Origin: Bdellovibrionota bacterium
Lineage (GTDB): Bacteria; Bdellovibrionota_C; UBA2361; JBGSMV01
Assembly (NCBI GenBank): GCA_044356455.1
Contig: JBIKWF010000127.1
Coordinates: forward strand, 1 to 11,450
Length of the DNA: 11,450 nucleotides
Reading direction: 5' to 3'
The notes under the pieces were generated by a model. It was not told the origin of the DNA. It did not search any database and saw only the letters and a list, made by a program, of their open reading frames with translations. Positions within the stretch are counted from its first letter, which is position 1, and every line of letters begins with the position of its first letter. The translations under genes and the position numbers were made by a program. Below are positions 1 through 6,603 of the stretch, in pieces.

Positions 1-122
1 GCGCCGAATTCTGCGAACTGAAAAGGCGAGCTGAGCCCCTATTCAAGGAAATTCCCCCGGAAAGGGCTGCTTGCGGCATTCTAGGGTGTTCGGGAACTTG
101 TAGGGCGTAAGAGAAATAGGGG

Positions 123-196
123 CTAGGAGTCTGTCCCGTAAAAAAATTCTACCACTACATGTAGTGGTAGAAATTTTCTGCGGAACAGACTCCTAG
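123..196. mobile_element. 74-bp near-perfect palindrome, MITE-like (CTAG-GAGTCTGT...ACAGACTC-CTAG)
   Basis: Position i pairs with 319-i: 33 of 37 Watson-Crick pairs plus one G-T. The outer 12 bp (123-134/185-196) and central 26 bp (147-172) are perfect. CTAG flanks both ends. The palindrome is directly seen; the MITE interpretation is inference from IS5-family-like CTAG/TA targets. Confidence 0.6.
152..167. promoter_or_regulatory. NrdR-box-like 16-bp palindrome CCACTACATGTAGTGG
   Basis: 12/16 match to the NrdR consensus acaCwAtATaTwGtgt. Single copy, and no ribonucleotide reductase gene in the window. Confidence 0.3.
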
Positions 197-366
197 GGCG
201 CCGTGAAGGTGAGTGCCTCGGCTCAGGGATGATTTTTAATGCCATGGCGGTCTTGAGAGAGCTATTGGCGGTGTAACAGCCTGTTCCTACGGGATTTTCT
301 TAGGCTACGCGGGAGCCTCCTTTTGGCATAATACTTCCTGTAAGCTTGAAGGTGTCGAGGCTAATT

Positions 367-753
367 ATGAGAATTGGTGGCGTTTCGTCAGCGAGGATTT
401 ACACTCCCGTTCACATTCCTCAAAGTGTGGGAAAGGATGGCGAACTTCAATCGCCCGCCCGCACCGACATGCGCACAGATGATATTCCTGTTCAAGTGGA
501 CCGTCAGGAAGCTCCCAATTGGATTCCCGCACATCCCGATTTAGATATGTTTGCAAATGTAGCTGCTGTCTCAAGTGGCGCGGGGGCAGGTGGGCAGTCT
601 CGGCAGCGTGGGCAGGGCCAAGGGAGGAAGCCGCCTGAGAATACCACTAGCGTTCCTACCGACGGTTCTGTAGATGAGGCGGGTGTGTCTCAGCAGCCTC
701 AAGGTGCCTTGGGAAGATTTCTTGGCGGAGCACGAAGGCTACTTGGACTCTGA
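367..753 (+). CDS. hypothetical low-complexity protein (128 aa from ATG 367)
   Basis: ORF 346..753 has its first ATG at 367 and fills otherwise gene-free space. G/Q-rich middle and amphipathic-looking C-terminus. No recognisable family. Confidence 0.6.
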   Translation: MRIGGVSSARIYTPVHIPQSVGKDGELQSPARTDMRTDDIPVQVDRQEAPNWIPAHPDLDMFANVAAVSSGAGAGGQSRQRGQGQGRKPPENTTSVPTDGSVDEAGVSQQPQGALGRFLGGARRLLGL

Positions 754-823
754 GACGCGCGAGTCCGGGGTAAAATTATTCAGACAGTACGCCAGACAAG
801 TAGGTCAGTATCGATCGAGGCGC

Positions 824-1222
824 CTACGCATTCACCAGCTTAAGCATCTTTATCTGCCGAAAGAGTTCCTCTCTATCAAGAGGCTTAATCACATAGCCGT
901 CGCAGCCTTGGCGAAAGGCATCAACGACTACGTTCTTGTCAGTTACCGCAGTCATCATCAAAATTTTCGCAGCCTCCTGGCCAACAACGCCTTGCTCTCC
1001 CTCGAGCGCTCTCATGTTTTTAAGCGTCGTAATGCCATCCATGCCGGGCATCATGATGTCGAGGACCACAAGGTCATAAAAGACTTTGTCATCCACGGCT
1101 TTCTTAAAAAGAATTAAGCCTTCGTCTCCGCTCGGAGCCGCGTCGGTGTGCCCAAGCGGAGTGAGAAAAAGGGATAATATCTTTCTATTGGCGTCATCGT
1201 CGTCGATGATGAGAGTTCTCAT
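824..1222 (-). CDS. single-domain response regulator (CheY-like receiver)
   Basis: Receiver motifs: IIDDD acidic pocket, LDIMMPGMDG phospho-acceptor Asp, MMTA switch Thr, GYVIKP conserved Lys-Pro. 132 aa, no output domain. Confidence 0.93.
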   Translation of the reverse strand: MRTLIIDDDDANRKILSLFLTPLGHTDAAPSGDEGLILFKKAVDDKVFYDLVVLDIMMPGMDGITTLKNMRALEGEQGVVGQEAAKILMMTAVTDKNVVVDAFRQGCDGYVIKPLDREELFRQIKMLKLVNA

Positions 1223-1233
1223 GTGGTGATTCC

Positions 1234-2427
1234 TTATTTAATTACCCCCAGGTCTCTGCCAATCTTCGCAAAAGCTTTAACTACGCGCTCGAGATCTTCA
1301 CGCGTATGCGCGGCCGACATCTGTGTTCGGATGCGCGCCTGTCCCTTCGGAACTACCGGGAAGTAAAAGCCTATCACGTAAATGCCTTCCCCAAGAAGCT
1401 TATCAGCAAACTCGGTAGCGAGTCGGGCGTCGCCTAACATCACGGGGCAAATGGGGTGGATATCCCCCTTGAGGGTGAACCCTAGTTTTGTCATCTCGGT
1501 GCGGAAGAATTTGGTGTTCTCTTCAAGCTTCTTACGAAGATCTCCTTTTTGCTCAAGTAGGTCGAGGCATTTTAGTCCCGCAGTGACAAGGGCCGGGGCA
1601 AGAGAGTTGCTGAAGAGATAGGGGCGGCTGCGCTGCCGCAGCATTTCAATGATCTCTTTTTTCCCGGTAGTAAATCCCCCGGAAGCTCCGCCTAGGGCCT
1701 TGCCGAGGGTTGAGGTAATGATGTCGATGCGTCCCATCACCCCGCAGTGCTCAAAAGCGCCGCGGCCGGTAGGGCCAAAAAATCCTGTCGCGTGACATTC
1801 GTCGACGTGCACCATGGCGCCATATTTGTCCGCGAGATCGCAAATCTCTTTAAGCTTTGCGATTGAGCCGTCCATGGAGAAAACGCCATCGGTGGTGATA
1901 AGAATCTTTCGCGCTTTTACGGCCACTGCTTCGTCGAGTTTGGCTTTGAGGTCAGCCATATTGCCATGCTCGTAGCGGAAGCGGTTCGCCTTGCAAAGGC
2001 GCATGCCGTCAATCATTGAGGCATGATTGAGCGCGTCGCTGACGACGGCGTCTTGTTCTCCAAGAATCGTCTCAAAGAGTCCGCCGTTCGCATCAAAACA
2101 TGAGCTATAGAGAATTGCGTCTTCTGTCTGGTGGAACTTGGCAAGGCGCTCTTCAAGTTGTTTGTGAATCGTCTGGGTTCCGCAAATAAAGCGTACGGAG
2201 GCGAGGCCAAACCCATACTCATCAAGGCCTTGCTTTGCCGCGTCTATGATCTCTTTATTGTCAGCGAGTCCCAAGTAGTTGTTGGCGCAGAAATTGAGCA
2301 CCTCTTTTCCGCCCACTTTGATGCGGGAAGACTGAGCTGATTCGATAACTCGCTCCCTCTTAAAGAGACCTGCGGCTTTAATCTCTTCTAATTCACTGCG
2401 GAATAGTTCGAGGGTTGCTGAGTTCAT
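1234..2427 (-). CDS. kbl: glycine C-acetyltransferase (2-amino-3-ketobutyrate CoA ligase)
   Basis: Motifs [52 protein letters not shown] (PLP Lys), [11 protein letters not shown] and [11 protein letters not shown]. 397 aa. GAAGGA upstream of the start. Confidence 0.97.
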   Translation of the reverse strand: MNSATLELFRSELEEIKAAGLFKRERVIESAQSSRIKVGGKEVLNFCANNYLGLADNKEIIDAAKQGLDEYGFGLASVRFICGTQTIHKQLEERLAKFHQTEDAILYSSCFDANGGLFETILGEQDAVVSDALNHASMIDGMRLCKANRFRYEHGNMADLKAKLDEAVAVKARKILITTDGVFSMDGSIAKLKEICDLADKYGAMVHVDECHATGFFGPTGRGAFEHCGVMGRIDIITSTLGKALGGASGGFTTGKKEIIEMLRQRSRPYLFSNSLAPALVTAGLKCLDLLEQKGDLRKKLEENTKFFRTEMTKLGFTLKGDIHPICPVMLGDARLATEFADKLLGEGIYVIGFYFPVVPKGQARIRTQMSAAHTREDLERVVKAFAKIGRDLGVIK

Positions 2428-2478
2428 AGTGATCCTTCACCGAGATAAATAGTCCATGTCCGGAACGAGAAAATTGCT

Positions 2479-2611
2479 TTAGGGAACCTCTGAAAAACCC
2501 AGAAATCGAACCTTTTCTGTCCTGCCTTTCCTCCGCGTCCTCCGCGTTAATTAAAAACTATTGAACAACGCAGAGTACACAGAGTACGCGAAGGGGGCAT
2601 AGGTTCGCTAA
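2479..2611. repeat. degenerate MITE/REP-like composite element in the tdh-kbl spacer
   Basis: TTAGGGAACCT (2479-2489) is inverted to AGGTTCGCTAA (2601-2611) at 10/11. Internal inverted 9-nt-period units CTCCGCGTCCTCCGCGTT (2531-2548) and AACGCAGAGTACACAGAG (2567-2584) match 14/18 around an AT-rich spacer. Confidence 0.5.
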
Positions 2612-3684
2612 CAATGCGCAGAAGAACTCGCGCTCCCTGATTTTGAAGCCTGGTAGCGAGTGCGAATGCGCGGGATGAGATACTCAAAAAACGTCGCTTG
2701 CTTATCAAAGCGAGGAGCCCAGTTCCAATCGCGCCGTGCAGCCGCATCATTCATATCAACCGGCCAGCTTTCAACAATCGCATGACGCTTTGCGTCAATT
2801 ACAAAGTCGATTGCGGCAGATGGAAAGGCTGTGGTGGTAAGAGTTCGAATCTCTTCAGCGGTAATCGTAAAAGAGGTGACATTATAGACGCGCTGCGTGA
2901 GGCGCTCAGAAGGCGCGTCCATGAGGCTTAGCAAACAGTGCACCGCGTCAGGCATCGCCATAAAAGGCAGAGAGGTTTTTGCGGAGACAAAACACTTGTA
3001 GGGTTTGCCTTGAGCCGCGGCATGAATCATTTCAGGGCCGTAGTCACTTGTGCCGCCTGTTGGAACCGTATCGGCGCTCAAAAGTCCCGGGAAGCGCACG
3101 CTTCTAAAGTCGAGCATTCCACGATCTCCTGCGAGGGAGCCGAAGTTTGTGGAGTAATAGCGCCCAAGATGCTCCACGTAGAGCTTGTTAATGCCGTACA
3201 TGGTGATGGGGTTAAGAAACTGGCCCTCTTGAACGGAGCCGCTTTGGTATTTAAGAGCGGGCGAGCCAATTCCGTAGGCAGCGATTGAGCTTGGGAATAC
3301 GAATACGGTGGGCTTCTTGCCGAGGGCGCGGCGTGCTTCTGATTGAAGGCGCGCTCTTTCTAGTAAATTGAGACTGCCCTCTACGTTCACTAGGTGCGCC
3401 TTTAGAGGGTCTCTCTCTCCGCCCGTTGAAAGAATTGCGGCGAGATGAATAATGTCGGTGAAGTCAAACCGTGAGAAGAGAGCGTCGAGAGCCGCCTTAT
3501 CTGTAATATCTCCCTCGACCCAGTGCTGAGTAACGCCCTTGGGAGAGATAGAAGTGCGAGAGCCTTGAGGGACTTTAACATCAAGCAGGACGACCTCGCA
3601 GTCTGCGCGCCCTGAAAGGGCCTCGCTCAAAGAATGTCCAATTTCGCCGCCGGCGCCGGTGATGAGAATCGTGCGGGTTGCCAT
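2608..3684 (-). CDS. L-threonine 3-dehydrogenase, extended SDR (NAD-dependent epimerase/dehydratase-like) type
   Basis: ITGAGGEIG Rossmann motif, HLAAILS, PSSIAAYG, YGINK (YxxxK), and FPGLLS...TGGTSDY typical of SDR ThrDH. Sits directly upstream of kbl. ATG 3684 has GAGGAG just upstream; the ORF track start is GTG 3705. Confidence 0.88.
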   Translation of the reverse strand: MATRTILITGAGGEIGHSLSEALSGRADCEVVLLDVKVPQGSRTSISPKGVTQHWVEGDITDKAALDALFSRFDFTDIIHLAAILSTGGERDPLKAHLVNVEGSLNLLERARLQSEARRALGKKPTVFVFPSSIAAYGIGSPALKYQSGSVQEGQFLNPITMYGINKLYVEHLGRYYSTNFGSLAGDRGMLDFRSVRFPGLLSADTVPTGGTSDYGPEMIHAAAQGKPYKCFVSAKTSLPFMAMPDAVHCLLSLMDAPSERLTQRVYNVTSFTITAEEIRTLTTTAFPSAAIDFVIDAKRHAIVESWPVDMNDAAARRDWNWAPRFDKQATFFEYLIPRIRTRYQASKSGSASSSAHC

Positions 3685-3745
3685 AGAGAAGCTCCTCAAA
3701 AACACTCCTTAGAGTTCGGGAGGTTTAAAATGGAGAGCGTTGCAA

Positions 3746-3761
3746 AGCAAGAGTTGGGCCT
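3746..3761 (-). promoter_or_regulatory. possible sigma54 -24/-12 promoter for tdh-kbl
   Basis: Minus strand AGGCCCAACTCTTGCT is GG-N10-GC with TTGC at -12, about 60 nt upstream of ATG 3684. The -24 element is imperfect (AGGCCC versus TGGCAC). Confidence 0.25.
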
Positions 3762-3868
3762 CTCCCATTCTGAAAACTCCTTTAGGTTCTGAGACTTTAT
3801 GCCGTTGGCCAGGAGGTTAGGCGGGCTTCCTACGACTCAGAGCTCTACTGGTGGAGTCCCCTTGAGGG

Positions 3869-3877
3869 TGCTATGGT
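3869..3877 (+). promoter_or_regulatory. possible extended -10 promoter for tatA
   Basis: TGcTATGGT ends 24 nt upstream of ATG 3901 and is followed by an AAGGTG SD-like sequence. Confidence 0.3.
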
Positions 3878-3900
3878 TTCGCAGGTTTAAGGTGACTCTT

Positions 3901-4125
3901 ATGGGTATTGGCGCTCCGGAACTTATCGTTATCGCAATCATTATTGTGATTCTCTTTGGCGGCAAGCGCCTCCCTGAGCTTGGTTCGGGTGTCGGAAAGG
4001 CTATCGCCAACTTCAAGAAGGGTTACCGCGAGTCGAGTGAGATAGATATTTCCCCCAAAGATCCCTCCAATTCTAGCGCAGAGGGGAAGGGGCCGGTCGC
4101 AGGCTCCTCAGACGAAAAGAAGTAA
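3901..4125 (+). CDS. tatA: twin-arginine translocase TatA/TatE subunit
   Basis: [41 protein letters not shown] has the TM helix, FG hinge and amphipathic helix, then a charged tail. 74 aa from ATG 3901. Confidence 0.95.
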   Translation: MGIGAPELIVIAIIIVILFGGKRLPELGSGVGKAIANFKKGYRESSEIDISPKDPSNSSAEGKGPVAGSSDEKK

Positions 4126-4139
4126 ACTGCCCAGACAAT

Positions 4140-4169
4140 GGTTTTCTACTCGAAGGGTTTTCTACTCGA
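4140..4169. repeat. 14-bp direct repeat GGTTTTCTACTCGA x2 (period 16)
   Basis: Exact copies at 4140-4153 and 4156-4169, beginning 15 nt after the tatA stop. Confidence 0.85.
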
Positions 4170-4337
4170 GAGGGGAGATCTGCCTTCGCGCCAAAAATGT
4201 TGCCACGATCTGGTCTATAAATCCTCATTTCTTCGCCTTCTTGGCTGCTCTCGTGATGGAAGTCACAAGGATATCTATTCGAGTTAGGTAGGTCCGGGGG
4301 GCATGACGGAATATCGGGGCGAGTTGATAGATCATGC

Positions 4338-4363
4338 GGCGTCCTAGGGACAGGACGCCCTAC
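4338..4363 (-). repeat. GTAG-family REP-like hairpin
   Basis: Minus strand GTAG-GGCGTCCT-GTCCCT-AGGACGCC: a GTAG tetranucleotide directly followed by a perfect 8-bp GC-rich stem with a 6-nt loop, in a convergent intergenic region. Confidence 0.55.
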
Positions 4364-4477
4364 CAAGACGCTCTACTGAAGAATCTCTGAATAACTCACC
4401 TCTGTGGTGAAGTTTTTATGAGGGAATTCGCCCCAGAACACGAAGGTACACAAGGGCGTATAAAGGCTAGAGGCCCC

Positions 4478-6037
4478 TTAGTATTTTACCGAATAGATTC
4501 TCGCTGAGAAGTAGCTTGCTTTGCTCATCGCCTGGGCAGCGTTTTCTTGATCCATCACCAGCGTGAATTCCTGACTGTCCCCAGACGCCATACGATAATC
4601 TTGCGGAGTCGCGGCGCTTTGTGTGCGCGCAATGATCTCTGGCGTCATTGAACGAATACGGCCCTTAGCAAGAGCAGAAGAGGCGCTTGCCTTGGTGCGA
4701 AGAAGCGGGGTGCCGTTCGCATCAAAAAGAATTCCCTCGACGATAACTTCCCTAAATGTGGTTGAGGAGTCATTGAGGACTTTTCCTGAGACTACATAAA
4801 CACTTTCGCCGCTATCGAGGAGTACCTTGCGAAACTTGGTGTTTTTAATGAATAGCTCGTTTGGGGCCACTTGGGGGGCGGCGGGGAAGGCCTTGCGCGA
4901 GATCTCTGTGGCGAGCTCGGGGTTCGCTCTTAGAGTAAATCCAAGCACTGCTAAAACTATTAGTGTGGCAGCCATGGGGAGGCCCATGAGCATGAGGCCT
5001 CGCCAAGAAGAGCCGCTATGACTCCTTCGGAGGGGCTCATATTGCGAAGCCAGAGAGTGGTAAGGGTCTTCAATATTCGCGGAAGATTCGCGCGCGGCAT
5101 GGGACAGGTCGCTTGCGCGGGAAGTTCTTGATGGTGCGGGAATCGCAGTCGGATCAAGAAAATCTAAATTTGAAGAATGGATTGGTTCGGGGACCTCCGC
5201 TTCATGCGCAGCCTCGCTGCGAGCAGTCACTGAGTCTGCTACGCCGCGCGGGGAGCTTGAAGTGCGATGGATGCTTATTGAGTCTTGCTCGAGGTGTGGG
5301 GGGGTATCTGTTGCTTGGCTATAGTTACGAGAGTTTGCAAAGGTCTGCTGCTCCTCTGGCATTAAGGGCCGCTTTGAGGTGGGCGCGCTTTGGGCTGGCT
5401 TAAGATGGCTTGGAATAAGAGGGGTGATCGACTCTTCGGGGATTTCAAGCGTCGTGTCTGCCCGAAGACTCTCGTCCTCTGCGTCTTCCGCCTCGAAGGT
5501 GCTCGCGTAGTCCTCTGGGGAGTCTATGGATGACTCTGCTTCTTGTTCACTGCGGTATTCATCGAGCTCTTGCTCTTCGTTTGAAAACTCAGCGTCAGAG
5601 AGGGTCGTTTCTGGCTCATCGGGGTCATTGTCGAAATAATCGTCTAAGGCTTGCTGATGAGGCGCCTGCTCGTGGGGGGGCTGAATTGTTCGGTGGCTCG
5701 GGATCGGGGAGGGGATCGCCATCGAGCGAGAGGGTGCCAGTGATGATGAGGCTGACGGCTCGCTTCGGGAATCTGCGGTTGATAGGGACGCCGTGGTTCG
5801 GGGAAGAGGGAGCTCTCCTTGGGAGTGTGGGGCAACGCGCGAGGCTTTCGATTGCTCTAAATTCGATCGCGCGCCAGCAGCCGACTCTATGGCCATGGGC
5901 TTAATGCTGGGAGACGTTTCATCAAAATTAAAGACGTGATCGCAGCGTGAGCAGTGGAAGCGTGGCTCGTCGAGCTGGTCAACGAGCGAAGCGTCCAAAG
6001 CGAACTTGGTGTTGCACTGGGGGCATTGGATTATCAT
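4478..6037 (-). CDS. zinc-ribbon (MJ0042-type) / disordered linker / TM / DUF3426-like membrane protein (ZitP-like architecture)
   Basis: N-terminal MIIQCPQC...CSRCDHVF, then about 300 aa of S/P/E-rich linker, then hydrophobic GLMLMGLPMAATLIVLAVLGFTL. The C-terminal beta-rich domain has VVSGKVLND...GILFDANG...GDSQEFTLV. Alternative start at 6091. Confidence 0.85.
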   Translation of the reverse strand: MIIQCPQCNTKFALDASLVDQLDEPRFHCSRCDHVFNFDETSPSIKPMAIESAAGARSNLEQSKASRVAPHSQGELPLPRTTASLSTADSRSEPSASSSLAPSRSMAIPSPIPSHRTIQPPHEQAPHQQALDDYFDNDPDEPETTLSDAEFSNEEQELDEYRSEQEAESSIDSPEDYASTFEAEDAEDESLRADTTLEIPEESITPLIPSHLKPAQSAPTSKRPLMPEEQQTFANSRNYSQATDTPPHLEQDSISIHRTSSSPRGVADSVTARSEAAHEAEVPEPIHSSNLDFLDPTAIPAPSRTSRASDLSHAARESSANIEDPYHSLASQYEPLRRSHSGSSWRGLMLMGLPMAATLIVLAVLGFTLRANPELATEISRKAFPAAPQVAPNELFIKNTKFRKVLLDSGESVYVVSGKVLNDSSTTFREVIVEGILFDANGTPLLRTKASASSALAKGRIRSMTPEIIARTQSAATPQDYRMASGDSQEFTLVMDQENAAQAMSKASYFSARIYSVKY

Positions 6038-6222
6038 TTGCCTTGCCGAGGCGTTTTTGTTCGGCCGTTTTCGGGGTGCTGAAAGAGCCATATTCTCTTC
6101 ACTTAAGACGCGAGAGAGCCCCCCATCGATTTACCCCTTTATGCTGATTAGGGAGAGTAAATTTTAGAGAGCTATATTGCGGTTACTTCGGTTCAGTGTT
6201 CCAGCACTGCCTTTTTCGGAGC

Positions 6223-6252
6223 GGTGTCCCCAAGGTGTCCTTGTGGGACACC
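6223..6252. other. 13-bp hairpin containing three GGTGTCC heptamers
   Basis: GGTGTCCC(6223-30)/GGGACACC(6245-52) plus CAAGG(6231-35)/CCTTG(6239-43), with a 1-nt bulge and 3-nt loop. Function unknown. Confidence 0.55.
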
Positions 6253-6603
6253 CAGGCAACAGGGCTCTTCCAGCGCGCTAGAACGGGGTTGCTTTACCAC
6301 GCGCAAAAAACAACCTAACACACTAATAACATTTGGGATTCGTCGCAAACCTTCGCTCAGCAGCAGAGGCTAACCACTTGGAAAACCTAAGGCATTTTCG
6401 CTTGTCGCACTAGATCTTATCTTATTGAAAGGCCACGAATATTTTTGAAGCTGAAGGGGAGGGCCTGTTTGGCAGAGGACTTCGCGCTCAAGCTCGGCGA
6501 CTATGTTCCTATCTTTCTAGCCCCAGGATTCGACCCGGTCGGGCCTCGTCTGGTACAAGAGTCCCACCACCTACTTAAATTGTTTGGGATTTCGAGGACC
6601 TGT

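Noticed and set aside
1..110. Possible gene end (plus frame 3..110, AEFCELKRRAEPLFKEIPPERAA...) or gene start on the minus strand
   Set aside because: Both strands have short open frames running off the edge and no recognisable motif; undecidable without flanking sequence.
123..196. CRISPR repeat or intrinsic terminator reading of the palindrome
   Set aside because: Single unit, no spacers or cas genes, no loop and no U-tract.
674..1117. 147-aa plus-strand ORF
   Set aside because: Antisense shadow of the response regulator; also overlaps the orphan ORF.
3799..3900. N-terminal extension of TatA in the ORF track
   Set aside because: TatA homology begins at ATG 3901, which has SD-like and promoter-like sequences upstream.
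4073..4366. 97-aa minus-strand ORF
   Set aside because: Overlaps the tatA 3' end, runs through the REP-like hairpin and direct repeat, and has no recognisable motif.
6470..6485. sigma54-like TGGCAGAGGACTTCGC upstream of rlmB
   Set aside because: Spacing is GG-N11-GC rather than the required N10.
6521..6570. GGATTCGACCC resembling a tRNA T-loop or tmRNA 5' end
   Set aside because: No cloverleaf, acceptor stem or matching 3' end could be built.
6445..6603. TTG-initiated extension of RlmB
   Set aside because: No family similarity; ATG 6604 has a GAGGA SD.
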